Below, piece by piece: positions 1 through 42,464 of a stretch of 64,000 bases of DNA. Source of the stretch: the human T2T-CHM13v2.0 reference genome, Homo sapiens. The position numbers and the translations under genes were made by a program. The DNA lies in NCBI RefSeq assembly GCF_009914755.1, contig NC_060933.1. One strand, given 5' to 3'. The notes under the pieces were generated by a model, which was not told the DNA's origin, did no database searches, and saw only the letters and a list, made by a program, of their open reading frames with translations. Positions within the stretch are counted from its first letter, which is position 1; every line of letters begins with the position of its first letter.

Positions 1-1558
1 ATGACTGCCCACCTCAAGTCCTCCCCTGGTGTGCCTAGGGTGTGGGGCCTGGCACCCAGTCCTGCCTGGCAGAGCCTGGAGAGAAGTGAGCCGCGGTTGG
101 TGGAGTAGTCGCAGCGGCCCGGCGCGTTCTCAGCCCGGCTCTTTGTCTGCTGCTTTGTGATGGTAAGTGCTGCTCCTAAATCAGTTCTGTGACACTGTTA
201 TTGTTGCCCAGGGCGCAAAGAGTCTAAACTTTTCCCCTGAGGTCAAGAATGTGGCTGGTCCCCAAGCCGCCCAGAGCAGAGGCCTGGGTGGCTGGGGGTG
301 GGGATGGGGCCTCGCCCCGAGCTGGGGCGAGATGTTGGGGGGAGGGGGTCAGCGGGAACAAAACGCTTTGAAATGCCTCCTCTCCATCACTGCCAACATT
401 GTCCGCTGCCCGCGGGGGGCCTGGCACCGCCTCGCCGGGGCTCCGGCCCCCAGCCCTGGCCAGGCGCGGCCCGACATCTGAAAATGGACAGAAGGTTATT
501 GTCCCTTCCCGCAGCCCTTTGTCTGCCCCAGTTCCAGATGTCTAGGCTGGGACCAGGGAACTGACCCATGGTGGGCAGGGGGGAGAGGACAAAAAGGGAG
601 AGCACGGGTCACTGCATCCTGAGGGGTCGTTCCCAGACCCTGAGATCCCACCCAGCCACAGCCAAGTCACCTTCTGGGTTGTCTTAGCCCTGAGATTGTC
701 CCTGTTCCCCTGTCCCCTCCCTACTCCAGGTTCTGGCCTCGAGAGAGAAGGCCCTAGGGGTACAGGAGTCAGAGCAGGGGACCTTGGCAGACTCACGGAC
801 GGGGCTGAATCCAGCTCCACCCGGTAACTGTGTGATCTTGGACAGGTGTGGCCCTCTCCCAGCCTGCTTTCCCCATGTGGGGACCACGGACCAGGTTCAT
901 TCACAGGTAATGATGGAGCCCTCCTACGTACCAGCTCTGAGCTGAGCATGGGGGCACGCGGTGGTGCATGGGCCACTTGGATCCTGCCCTTGACCATTGT
1001 GGTTAAATAGAAGAGTAACAGGCAGCATTTCCCACCCACTACCTCTGGGTCAGGTCCTGGGCTAATCACTTCATCTGCGTCATCTCATCCTTTCCATAAC
1101 AAAATCAAAGATGCAGAGGCGTTTTTCCTGTCTCCATTTTGCAGCTTTGGAGACTGCTAGACTCTTGAGAGGTCCAGTCACTTGCCCAAAGCCAGGCAGT
1201 CTGGAGGCAGCAGAGCTGGGATTCTAGCCCAGGCCGACCGTAGCCACCAGGAGGAGTAATTCGCTAATAAATACTTGGAAAGAATCGAGCACAGAACCTG
1301 ACACAGCTCCAGACTCAGAACTGGTGGTGTTTACTCCATGCATAGAGTGTCCCCATTCCACAGGTGGGGCGACTGAGGACAGGGAGAGAAAGCCTGGGGC
1401 AAAAAGCTCCAGGGAACTTAAACAGTAACACCAACAGCAGTTCCAGAGTCACCAGGGCTGGCCAGAGTGAGACAGGCAGACTTGGTTTCAAACCCCAAAC
1501 CCCAACTCTGGATGAGCTTGGCAAGTGATTTATTTAGATTCTCCGTGCCTCAGTTTCA

Positions 1559-1930
<372 letters not shown>

Positions 1931-1938
1931 TCAAGTTA

Positions 1939-2328
<390 letters not shown>

Positions 2329-3868
2329 TTATCCCTTTGAGCCTCCTGCTGGGTTCACCTGAGGACAAGGCTCTGTGGAGTGGGGCGGGGGTTAGGAGTT
2401 GTTGAGGGGGGTGGGGATAGCAAAACTTGGTCTTCTTGGGGTCCCTAGAAGTCCCGAGATGGGCTAGTTCTGTGGGTCAGGGGGAAGCAGAAGGTATCAG
2501 GGCTGAGAGAGGGAAGGGGCTGCCTGGGCCCAGAGGAGTTAACAGCTCCCAGGACCTGGCTCAACAGGGCTGCCACGCTGCAGCCACAGCAACGATTTTA
2601 GCGGAGGAGCCAGGACTGCTTCCTGATGGGCAAAACAGCTGGCTGCCCAGAGAAAACAGCTGGCCTGGTCCCAGCCTCCTGAGAACAGAGGCAGAGCCTC
2701 AGAGGAGGACAGCTGCACATCTGGGATCCTGGGAGAGGAGGGCATGGCCAAAAGGGAGAGAGAGGGTGGTCCGTGGAAGTGTGTGTGGGTGTTGGGTGGA
2801 CCCCCAGAATGGGGGGAGCTGAGGGCAGATTCCTCGAGCAGAGACCAGGGTGCGCTAAGTCTAAGCAGAATGGGCAGAGATGCCTCCAGCTGGGCTTTGA
2901 GGGTGTCAGTCTTCCCTCAAATAGGAAAGATGAGGGGCAGGGGAGGATATTGGGGACAAGCCTCTGCTCAGCCCTGGGTCCTCTTGGAACCGGGCTTGGA
3001 GCCGGAGGTGGGGAGGGTGTCCAAGCTGAGCTCCTGGATTCCCATCTGCCGAACTGCACCCAGAACCAGGAGTGGGGTGCGGGCCCATCCTCTGGCCAGG
3101 ATCCTGGGCTCCCTTGGCCACAAAGCAGGACAGGGGACCAGAGATCCCCCAACTCAGGAGACGTGAAGCTGGCAGCTGGTAAGAGCATGCAAGCATCCTC
3201 TCTGCTTTGGGTCCCCATTTCAAGCCTGTTTGACTGCCAGGCCATGAGGACTCCCAATCCGGGGGCCCTACCTGGGCCCTGGGGCACCCCCAGGCTGCCC
3301 CTACCCATTGGCAAGGAAGCAGCTCCTGGGACCTCAAATGAGGTGGGGCAGGGTACGCAGAGGGTTAATGGGGGTGTGGCCAGAGTCCACTGGACCAGAG
3401 CAGCCTACCCGGGTTCCTGACCCCCAACTCCCAGTGGCCTGATACCCCTAGTTTCTCTTTGACCCAAAGGGGCTCTTGTAGCCCACCTCCCTAACATCTA
3501 GGAGTAGGGGTTGGCCCCCAGTTTGAGTCTGCCAGCCTCAGCTCCCCTCTCCCTGGTGGAGCCATGCTACAAAGTCTTTGCCAGGGGCAGGCAGGCCTTG
3601 GAACTGAGGCTCCCAGCGGGACGAAGGCGCTGGGGAGGGGGACGGTTCTTGCAGGGTCTCTACTCCAGGAAGCCAGAGTCAAGCCTGAGGCGCTGGCGCC
3701 ATCACCTGGATTTGGTCAGAACTACAATGGCTGAAGTGGGTGAGGATGCTGCAGGCAGAAACCGGCAGCCCCACCAGGTGTCAACCCCATAGGATCCGGA
3801 TCGTGCTCAGCCAGATGGGTCCGAGCAATCATTTTTTTCCAGGCATGACCCAGCTAATGAGGTCTTAG

Positions 3869-4119
<251 letters not shown>

Positions 4120-4122
4120 TGA

Positions 4123-4387
<265 letters not shown>

Positions 4388-4425
4388 TAATCCCTGCACT
4401 TTGGGAGGCCGAGGTGGGTGGATCA

Positions 4426-6190
<1,765 letters not shown>

Positions 6191-6205
6191 TGCTGGCCGG
6201 ACTCA

Positions 6206-6364
<159 letters not shown>

Positions 6365-6745
6365 TCAGGAGGCTGAGACGGGAGGATGGCTTGAGTCCAG
6401 GAGTTCGAGGCTGCAGTGAGCAATGATCATGCTACTGCACTCCAGCCTGGATACAGGTATGAGGAGGAAGTGTCCACTCGGGGGAGTGGTTGGAGGACTC
6501 TGGTCTCTGCAGGATCCACCTTGATGTGTGTCAAGCAGAGAATGGAAGGAAGTGAAGAGACAGGGAACAAGGTTCACATTCACCATTCAAGAGGCTTGGA
6601 GGAGTTATGGCCACAGCTAGAGGCCACAGGGGTGCCTTGGTGCTTTCTTATCTTTGGTTGTGGGAGATCCAAGTCCTTTGATATGTGGAAGGAAGGGCCT
6701 AGAAGAGAGGGAGGATGGGGATCCAGGAAGGGAGAGGGGACCAGG

Positions 6746-7766
<1,021 letters not shown>

Positions 7767-8251
7767 CAGGGGCCGTTCTGTTGAGGAGGGGTGTGCCTCC
7801 TGAGGCTGGCTGAGGGCAGAGGTGGAAGGTTTGGAGGCTAGAAATGAGAGTTCCCAGGTAATGGCTTCTATTTTCTCCAAAAAGTAGTAGAGAGATCTTT
7901 GCTGGGGGAGAGGGGCGGTGGAATGGGGGCTTGAGAAGACTGGAGGCTTTGTTTTGTTTTGTTTTGTTTTGTTTTGTTGAGACAGAATCTCACTCTGTCA
8001 CCCAGGCTGTAGTGCAGTGGCGTGATCTCAGGTCACTGCAACTCCCACCTCCTAGGTTCAAGTGATTCTTCTGCCTCAGAATCCCAAGTGGCTGGGGCTA
8101 CAGGCATGTGCCACCACACCTGGCTAATTTTTTTTTGTATTATTACTATTTTTTTTTTTTTTGAGACGGAGTTTCGCCTTTGTTGCCCAGGCTGGAATGC
8201 AATGGCGCGATCTCGGCTCACTGCAACCTCTGCCCCCCTGGGTTCAAGTGA

Positions 8252-8458
<207 letters not shown>

Positions 8459-8853
8459 TAATAGAGACAGGGTTTCACTGTGTTTCCTAGGCTGGTCTCG
8501 AACTCCTGGCCTCAAGTGATCTGCCCACCTCAGCCTCCCGAAGTCCTGGGATTACAGGCATGAGCCACCGTGCCTCAATGACTAGAAGCATTTGAAATGC
8601 CCTGAGGGGAGTGGGCAGGGGACACAGGGAAACAGGATTCTTGGGCTGGGTGAGAGCCCAAGTGAGGGTAGAGACCCTGAGTTTGCAGTTGCCCCAACCT
8701 GCCCCAAAACAAGATGGCTATTGGGTTTTCCAGGCAGGTGTGATGGGAAAACTCTGAGGCAAGAAAGTTAGTAACAGGCTGGACTCCTGGGGAGGGTGGG
8801 AGGACTTGGGGGAAGAGGAGGACTTGAGGCCAGGGAAGAATCAGGAAGCCCCC

Positions 8854-10087
<1,234 letters not shown>

Positions 10088-10266
10088 CCCTTGGACCAAT
10101 AGGACAGGCAGAGGCTGTGGAATGACTCTGGGGTGGGTGAAGTAGGGAACACTGCTTTGCTTTAGAAAGGGAATCCCTCTTCTGGGGCTGGGAGTGGCTT
10201 CCCGCAGGGGACTACCGTGCAAGGGAGAAGAAATCTGGCATCTCTCCAGAATGCTTCTCATTGCAG

Positions 10267-10385
10267 GGCCGCTGGCCTAGAAATGGCCTCAAATGGAAGC
10301 TGCCACCCGATCCTGGTGGAGGCTTTGAGCTAGGCTAGAGATCAGGACTCCAGGGTTCAGTGCGCACGTGCTGCCCCTGCACTAG
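10267..10385 (+). other. Candidate alternative upstream non-coding exon of CERCAM
   Basis: ttctcattgcag acceptor-like site and consensus donor TAG|gtaagt, 1.6 kb upstream of the main ATG. Confidence 0.5.
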
Positions 10386-10965
10386 GTAAGTTCCTTCCTC
10401 TATGGACCTTCAGCCCTCCCCTTGCAGTGGAGATAGTGTGCACAGCCCTGGCTCCCCTCCCTGACCCTGGGAAAAGGCTGAAGGGAGACCCCGTGCTGTT
10501 CCTAGGAAAGGAGATCTTCCCAGCGGTGGGAGGGTGAAGGGGGAGCCTCCCTCTCCTCCAGTCCTGTCTTCCCAGCCCCAGGGCGGAGCTCTTCCTGTGT
10601 GTAAGCCTCCACGCGGGAAAAGCTGCCAGTGCATTCATTCTCTCGAGGAATCCCTGCAAACCCTCCCAGATGGGTGGCGTTATCAGCCCGATTTTACCCG
10701 AGAGGCTCCTGAGGGAAAGGGACCTGTCTGAGGTTGGTGACAGACACCCAGTTCGATCCCATCTGTGGTGCCGCCAGGCCGCTCCCTTTTCTGCTCCTCT
10801 CCCGAGAGGCTGCAGAGTTCTTTCCCTCCCAGCAGGGTCCTAAGGACCCCGGCGGTGCTCCAGGGGAGCCAACATCCCCTGCTTTGGAGGACGGACGGGT
10901 CGGGTCGCAGTGAGCAGCTCCGTGGTGTCCCCTAGTTCTACACTCAGACCAAGAGAGGGCTGTGA

Positions 10966-11455
<490 letters not shown>

Positions 11456-11466
11456 TAGCGCCAGGG

Positions 11467-11480
11467 CCGCCAGAGGGCGC
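11467..11480 (+). promoter_or_regulatory. CTCF-like motif CCGCCAGAGGGCGC
   Basis: Matches the CTCF core consensus CCRSYAGRKGGCRS. Confidence 0.55.
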
Positions 11481-11984
11481 CCGGGGCGGAGGATGGGGCG
11501 GGAGCCGGGGAAGCCCGGGAGGTGGTGGCCGAGTGGGCGCCGCCCCTCTGGGTCTGCGGCTCAGGTCGAAGAGTCGGCTGCGTGGGCCGGGGAATCCGGA
11601 TTCCGGGGGTTCAACGCCCAGGGGTTCCATGAGCCCCTACTGTTCTCGGACGCCCGGCCGGCCCCGACGCACTCGTCCTAGCACCCCTCCCCTGTCCGGT
11701 CCTCCGGCCCCTCCGCCGTCGCCCCTCCGGGGTCCAGCCGGGCGGGGCTGCTCCAGGGTCGCGGCTGGCGCGGGTCCCCGGGCCCTGGCCCTCCGGTGCC
11801 CCGGGCCAAGGAGAGAAAACTTGAGCATCCACGCACAGGGGTGGGGAGCAGGATCCCACTCTGAGGGTGCACTGCCCCGCCCTCTCCGGGTCTGCCTCGG
11901 CCCCGCCCGGGCCCCAGGCCCCGCCCCCTCCCCTCGGCCGGCCCGAGAGCTCCGGGGGCCGCTGCAGCCGCCCAAGCGCCCGCC

Positions 11985-27008
<15,024 letters not shown>

Positions 27009-27132
27009 GTGAGGCCAGGGCGGGAAGAGGCCCCAGCCCCGTAGACCTTGGCTTGCTCTCCCCTTTGATGGCATAACTGTGTCTGGGGCTGTTTTCCCCT
27101 TCTCAGCCTTCTCTCTCCCTCTCCATCTCTAG

Positions 27133-27569
<437 letters not shown>

Positions 27570-27951
27570 TGAACTCCTGACCTGAGGTGATCTGCCCGCC
27601 TCAGCTTCCCAATGTGCTGGGATTACAGGCGTGAGCCACCGCGCCTGGCCTTTTGTATTTTTAGTAGAGACAGGGTGTCATCATGTTGGCCAGGCTGGTT
27701 TTCAACTCCTGACCTCAAATGATCCAGCCGTCTCGGTCTCCCAAAGTGCTGGGGATTACAGGCGTGAGCCACTGTGCCTGGCCTCTGTGTCTGTCTATAA
27801 TTGTACCTTCAGCTGTCTCCGCATCCCTCTCTAGCTTTTTCCCTCTCTGTCTGTCTCTGCCCCTGTTTTCCTATATCTGTCAGTGTCTGTCTGTCTCTGA
27901 TTCTGTCTGACTCTAATTCTCTTTCTCTTCCTGCTCCTCCTGTCCCACCAG

Positions 27952-29397
<1,446 letters not shown>

Positions 29398-29839
29398 TGA
29401 GCCTCTGCATCTCAGCTGGCCTGGGAGGAGGCTTCCTGATCTATGGTTGAGCAATTGGAGGGACAGAGAGGGGAGGACAGGTGAGGAGTCAGGCCGATCC
29501 AGCATCACCTCTGTGCTGGGTGATCTTGGGTGGGTGCCATCCCTTCCCTGGGCCTTAGTCTACTCTTCGGTCATTGTGGCTGGTTGGGTATAGAGTGGCC
29601 TAGCCTGAGCCCGGCTCACAGTGAGTGCTCACCTGTTGGGGCTGATGTGGTCATCCCCGAAGTCATTACCAGCCTCACCTTGCTGGTCAGGGTGGGCCCA
29701 GCCAGTCCAAGGGCTGCTGATGTCCCCCGGCCCTTTGGATCATCTCTTGTGCAGCTGAAACCCTGGCTTAGGGGAAGAGGAACCGCCTGGGAGGGGCTGG
29801 GGGAGATCCTGGGTTCCCCTCTGGCACTAACCAATGTGG

Positions 29840-29853
29840 CCACCAGAGGGCGC
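29840..29853 (+). promoter_or_regulatory. CTCF motif (TGG)CCACCAGAGGGCGC downstream of CERCAM
   Basis: Near-perfect match to TGGCCACCAGGGGGCGC. Confidence 0.7.
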
Positions 29854-29983
29854 AAGGTGGCAGAGCCTGGACTTGGCCAGGATGCTCTCTGCTGGGTTGG
29901 GGCCAACACCAGGAAGGAAGCATGGGCCATAGGGAAGCTCCCATTGGTGCTGGGGCAACCCGCAGCAGCTCTGCGTCTTCTGC

Positions 29984-30170
29984 TCTTCTGATGGGAACTG
30001 CAGGCCTCTCCCCTGGCCCCAGAGAGTCGGGCTTCTGGGCCCAGCCGCTGTCTGTCATGCCTGCACTCAGGCAGCTGGAGGGGTGGGAGGGGAGATGGCT
30101 CCTGGCCTTGGCCATGGCTGCTTTGGCTTCCACCGTTCCTGCTCCTCTTCCATGTGGCCCCCTGACTTGG
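29984..30170 (+). repeat. Local direct duplication, copy B (probable donor)
   Basis: Embedded in continuous unique sequence; constant offset of 5470 nt to copy A. Confidence 0.92.
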
Positions 30171-30859
30171 TTGTGTGAGCACTCCAGTCCTGGCAGAGCC
30201 TGACAGGCACTCCCTGAGGTTGGGGTATCCCTTGGCTCTGTCCTGGGGTTGAGGTCCAGGACCTGGCACGGCTGTGAGAAGGACCTTGGGCTGGAGCTGT
30301 GGACTCGGTGCTTTATTCGTTCTAAGATGAAAGTCATTCATTCTGGATGGCTATGACCTTGAGCGACTCACTTCTCTCCAGGCTCCAGGTGTCCCCTTCA
30401 TTCATTTGTTAACCTTTATTAAGCACCTCCCATGGGCCGCAGTCAGGCCCTGGGGATTCAGCAGTGAATGAAACTGACAAAACCCCTGACCTCATTAAAC
30501 TGACATTCTTTTTTTTCTTTTTTTTTTGTGGCGGAGTCTCACTCTATCACCTTCTGTCACCACACCCGGCCAAAACTGACATCCTAATGAGGGATGCAGA
30601 CAAAAACAAAGAAAGATCAGAGGGTGTGAATTGCTATAGAGAAAAATGAGAAGCGGAGAGATACAAAGTAAGATCTGAGAAGTTAACACCTGAACAAAGA
30701 CGCAGGAGTGGGCCAGGCATAGTTGCTCATGCCTGTAATCCTAGCACTTTGGAAGGCCTAAGCAGATGGATCACTGGAGGCCAGGAGTTTGAGACCAGCC
30801 TGGCCAACATAGGGAAATCCCATCTCTATTAAAAATACAAAAATTAGTCAGGTGTGCTA

Positions 30860-31075
<216 letters not shown>

Positions 31076-31577
31076 TCAGGAGTTCAAGACCAGCCTGGCC
31101 AAGAGGGTGAAACCCCGTCTCTACTAAAAATACAAAAATTAGCCAGGTGTGGTGGTGGGCGCCTGTAGTCCCAGCTACGTGGGAGGCTGAGGAAGAGAAT
31201 TGCTTGAACCTGGGAGGCAGAGGTTGCAGTGAGCCGAGATCAAACCACTGCACTCCAGCCTGGGTGACAGAGTGAGACTCCGTCTCAAAAAAAAAAAAAA
31301 AATAGACAAAAAAAAAAAAAAAAAAAGACTTTAAGGAGGGGAGGGGCTGAGCCTTGGGGATAGCAAAAGGAAGAGCTTCCAAGCAGAAGGAACAGCATAT
31401 GCAAAGGTCCTGAGGCAGAAGCAGGACTGACAGTGCAGAAGAGAGGAGGACCAGTGTCTAGAGTTGATAGAGCCAAGGCTGGGGCCAGAGCAGGGATGGC
31501 CATGAAGGCCATTTTGGCTTTTACTCTGAGATGGAGCCCCCAGAGAGATGGAGGCAAAGAAGTAACCATCTAACTTA

Positions 31578-32050
<473 letters not shown>

Positions 32051-32829
32051 TCAGCTGCTCAGTAGGCTGAGGTAGGAGAATCTCTTGAAGCCGGGGGCGG
32101 AGGTTGCAGTAAGCTGCAATCATGCGATTGTACTCCAGCCTGGGTGACAGAGACTGTCTCAAAAAAAAAAAATTGAGATCCAAAAGGGTATGTCAAGTAA
32201 GTAGCTGGATACACAAGTCTGGAATTCGGGGCCCCAGTCTGGGCTGGAGATAGAAGCTTGGAACCCCTCAAGCTGTATACTCCTCCACCACAGGAACCTG
32301 TTAAAAGGCACATTCCTGCCCGCTCCCAATTCTCTGCAGGTTCTGATTTAGTAGGCTATGGGTGAGGCCTGACTTTTTTTACTCTCTCTTTTTTTTTTTT
32401 TTTTTTTTTTTTTTTGGTAGAGACACAGTTCTCACTATGTTGCCCAGGCTGGTCTCAAACTCCTGAGCTCAAGTGATCCTCCTGCCTTGGCCTCCTAAAC
32501 TGCTGGGATTACAGGCGTGAGCCACTGCACTTGGCCTTTTTTATTTTTGTTTATTTATTTTTGAGACAGGGTCTCACTCTGTCTTACTCTGTCACCCAGG
32601 CAGTGATGTACTCGCCAGAGTACAGTGGTGCAACCACAGCTCATTGCAGCCTTGACCTCCTGGGCTCCACTGATCCTCCTGCCTCAGCCTCCCAAGTAGC
32701 TGGATCTCTAGGACCGTGCTACCACCCCTGGCTAATTTTTAAATTTTCTGCAGAGGTCGGATCTCGGTATATTACCCAGGCTGGTCTTGAATCCTGAGCT
32801 CAAACAATCCTCCTGCTTCAGCCTCCTAA

Positions 32830-33207
<378 letters not shown>

Positions 33208-33832
33208 TAAGTAGCGAGTAGTACCTTCTCTTGTAAAATCGAATTGTAAGTGCTTCTGGTTCCCTGTCTGCTGAAGTCAGGGGCTATCGGCCCCTTTGCT
33301 GAGTGCCCCAAACTGCAGAGTTTCCTGAGCTCCTTTGTCTGCTTTTAAAGTTCTTTTGCTTCCTCCTTTGCTGGCATGTTGCCAGGATAAAGAACGTGGA
33401 ATCTGGAGTGGGTCCCACGTGGGCTGTAGTCCTGACATGGCGTGGGGAATGTGTGACCTTGGGCATGTTACTTAGCCTCTCTGAACCTTCATTTCTCCAT
33501 CTGCAAGTGAGGGCAATACTACCTTGTAGAATGCAGGTAAGGCACAGTGAATGGTATTTGATTATCTGGTCTTCTGATTATCCCAGAGCTGTGAGTAAGG
33601 ATGCTTTTTGCTGTAAGGGACCAACTCAAACTGACTTAAGAAGACCATGTACAGGCTGACATAACACAGAGTGCAAAGCTGTAATCCCAGCACTTTGGGA
33701 GGCCGAGGTGGATGGATCACTGGAGGGCAGGAGTTTGAGACCAGCCTGGCCAACATAGGGAAACCCTATTTCTACTAAAAATACCAAAATTAGCTGGGCG
33801 TGGTGGCAGGCACCTGTAATCTCAGCTACTCA

Positions 33833-33949
<117 letters not shown>

Positions 33950-34021
33950 TCACTTCTAGGCTGGGCATGGTGGCTCACGCCTGTAATCCCAGCACTTTGG
34001 GAGGCCGAGGCGGGCGGATCA

Positions 34022-34423
<402 letters not shown>

Positions 34424-34964
34424 TCAGCCTCCTCTGCAGCGGTGTGCCATGGGCACTCAGTGTGATTTATTGGCAAGTGAGCCAATAAATGTTGATCAGC
34501 ACCCTCTTTGGGGCAGCTGGGCAGGGCCTATGGTGGCCTGTGTGGGGCAGGATTCTATTTTATGTCCATGGTTCCTGTGGAAAGTGAACATGTTCTGATG
34601 AGCTAGCTCGGCCAAGGTGGGGGTCCACACCCCAGACATCCACTTAAGCAGTCAGCTGCATAGGACGCCACTGCTTGTCTTGGACAGGGGACCCATGGAC
34701 CTCCTGCTAGAGGAGTTCTGGTCCCGTGTGCCCAAGGTGCAGCTGGCCCAGGAAGGAGGAGGCTGGTGTGCATCGCTCCTGGGGGTGGCTCCCCAGCTCC
34801 ATCTTCACAAATTTCAATACTTCCCATCTGTTTGCAACTAACCTGTTCTCCTACTGGCATCTGTGACAGCTTTTTTTTGAGATGGAGCCTTGCTCAGTCG
34901 CCCAGGCTGGAGTGCAGTGGTGCAATTTCGGCTCACTGCAACCTCTGCCTCCCGGTTCAAGTGA

Positions 34965-35489
<525 letters not shown>

Positions 35490-35514
35490 TAAGTCTTTAA
35501 ATGTAATTGCAACT

Positions 35515-37975
<2,461 letters not shown>

Positions 37976-38308
37976 TTAAAAATAGCCGAGTGTGGTGGTG
38001 TGCACCTGCAGTCCCAGCTACTTGGGAGGCTGAGGTGGGAGGATCATTTTAACCCAGGAGTTCAAGGCTGCAATGGGCTATGATCACAGCACTGCACTCC
38101 AGCCTAGGTGACAGAACGAGACACTGTAGCTAAATAAATACATGTGAAATGTGAGCTTGCTTCTATGAAAATAACTTTTTATGGCAGGTTTCATGTTTGA
38201 AACAGCTACACACAATTTCTGATAACTTTTTATCAGGAGAAATAGGCTTTGTAATGGTAGTCTCTTAAGAAATTCTTGATGGCTACTAATAGTGAGAACC
38301 TTTATTCA

Positions 38309-38712
<404 letters not shown>

Positions 38713-38965
38713 TCACAGCTCACTGTAGCTTCCACCTCCCCAGTCTCAGGTGATCTTCCCACCTCAGCCTCCCAAGTAGCTGGGACCACAGGCACACACT
38801 GTGACGGCTGGGTTTTTTATTTTATTTTTTTGTAGAGACGACGTCTCATTATGCTGCCTAGACTGGTCTTGAACTCCTGGGCTCAAGTGATCTGCCCTCC
38901 TTGGCTCTCAAAGTGCTAAGATTATAGGTGTGTGCCACCACATCCAGCCTGAAATGATTTTTTAA

Positions 38966-40030
<1,065 letters not shown>

Positions 40031-40343
40031 TTTTTTTTTTTTTCTTTCTGAGAGAGAGTCTTGCTCTGTCACCCAGGCTGGAGTACAGTGATGCCATTTC
40101 AGCTCATTGTAACCTCCGCCTCCCAGGTTCTAGCAATTCGCCTATCTACCTTGGGTGAAAAAGCCAGACCCTGTCTCAAACAAAACAAAACAAAACAAAA
40201 ATCTCTTAGAATTGAGAGACTTTCAGTTTTCTACATGCAGGGATAGTTTGTCTAGCAGAGGGCATATTCGTTGCTTGTAAGACTGGCAAAATCCCTCCTG
40301 TTGTTTATAACACAGTAAACACTGGGTGAGTTTATGCATTCTC

Positions 40344-40714
40344 AGAAACTGTTGGTTGGGGCTCCAACACAGAAAGACAGCTGTACCTGTGCCATGTTAA
40401 ATCAGAGAAAAAGGTTGTTGAATAGTAAGTGTAATATGAGTTGATTTAAGTCAAAAATATTTTCATTTGCCTTGAAAAGTCTGTAAGGTACACATTAAAA
40501 GGTCAACAGCAGTAAATAGGCCAGCGCAGTGGCTCATGTCTGTAATCCTAGCACTTTGGGAGACTGAAGCAGGAGGATCACATGAGCTCAGGAGTTCGTG
40601 ACCAGCCTGGGCAACATAGCAAGACCCCATCTCTAATTAATAAATAATAATAACAATAAAACAGCAGTTAACATATATTAAAAAAAAAAAAAAAAAAAAG
40701 AAACTGTTGGTTGG
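40344..40714 (+). mobile_element. Orphan L1-mediated retro-insertion (polyadenylated non-L1 fragment containing an Alu monomer)
   Basis: Exact 16-bp TSD AGAAACTGTTGGTTGG; AATAAA at 40655-40660; A-tail 40680-40699. Confidence 0.8.
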
Positions 40715-41377
40715 ATATAAACTGGCCTAACCCTTTTGACAAGATTTCCTGTCTTTTTTTTTGTTTGAAACAGAGTGTCACTCTTTTGCCTAGGCTAGAG
40801 TGCAGTGGTGATCTTGGATCACTGCAACCTCTACCTCCTGCATTCAAGCAATTCTCATGCTTCAGCCTCCCCAGTAGCTGAGATCACAGGTGTGTGCCAC
40901 CACACCCAGCTAATTTTTGTATTTCTAGGAGAGACAGAGTTTCACCATGTTGGCCAGGCTGGTCTGAAACTTCTGGCCTCAAGTGATCCTCCCACCTAGG
41001 CCTCCCAAAGTATTAGGATTACAGGCGTGAGTCACCATGCCTGGCTCCTACAGTTTATGTTTTAGCATACATAGGATCATATGGTATGTCTTGGGGATCT
41101 TCTCCTATTATTACTTATGGATGTACCTAATGCATTTAAACTGGTATACAGATAACATAGATGTACTATGTTAATTGATTCCTCTGTTGATGCATATTTA
41201 GGTTGCTCCCAAATTTTTAACATTACTTTTAGACCCAAAAGTCTAAAAGTTTTAGAAGCTTTTTTTTTTTTTTTTTTTTTGAGATGAGGTCTCACTCTGT
41301 TACCCAGGCTGGAGCACAGTGGCACGATCACTACTCACTGCAGCCTCAACCTCCCCAGGCTCAGGTGATCCTTCTAA

Positions 41378-41614
<237 letters not shown>

Positions 41615-42464
41615 TAGTAGAGACGGTGTTTCACCGTGTTAGCCAGGATGGTCTCGATCTCCTGACTTCGTGATCTGCCCGCCTCAGCCTCCCAAAGTGC
41701 TGAGATTACAGGCGTGAGCCACCGGACCCAGCTTTAAGTTTTGTATTTTTTGTAGAGACACAATGTTGCCCAGGCTGGTCTTGAACTCCTGGGCTCAAGC
41801 CCAGCTCAGTCTCCCAAAGTGCTAGGATTACAGGCATGAGCCACACTGTGCCTGGCTCCCCAAAAGAAGTCTTTAAAGTTTATTTGATCCTTGATTGGAC
41901 TTCTAAAGTGAAACTCTCAGAGCATCTATTTTGTGCTGGATTCTGTGGGACATGAAGAAGTGGCCCTTGCCTTAAGAGAGCACCCAGTAGGAGGTGGCAC
42001 AAGATTTCCGTACACACACGAGTGCTTACAGCAGGGATATTGGGACCCATACCCAGGAGGGAGCCATCAGTGCATCCTGAGAAGTGGGAGCCACCGCAGG
42101 CCTCATGGAGGAGGGAGCATCTGAACTTGGCCTGGAGGGTTCCCACAGTTGCAGGGGCTGGAGATCCTGGCCCAGGCCCAGCCCCTGCGCTCCTGAAGTG
42201 GACACTCTAGAGACGAGTGGAGGATGAACACTGTTTCTGGTTTGGGTGGTTTGTGTGTTTGGGGCAAGGGAATTTCTCAGGTTGCCCTTATTTTCTGAAA
42301 TGCACATACTCCTGGATGTTTCTGTGTAAACCATCAGCTCCATTTTGGCCAGAGCAGGAGTTCCTCTCAACTCTCCATGGGGACTGGGGAGGTGGAGGAT
42401 GCAGAGATCAGACAGACTTATAGCCTCTGAGCTTCGGGGTGGCCTGTGGGTCTGGAGAATACTT

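Noticed and set aside
2427-3420. 215-238 aa ORFs on both strands
   Set aside because: No recognisable domain, many start at non-ATG codons, G-rich composition; at most a non-coding exon
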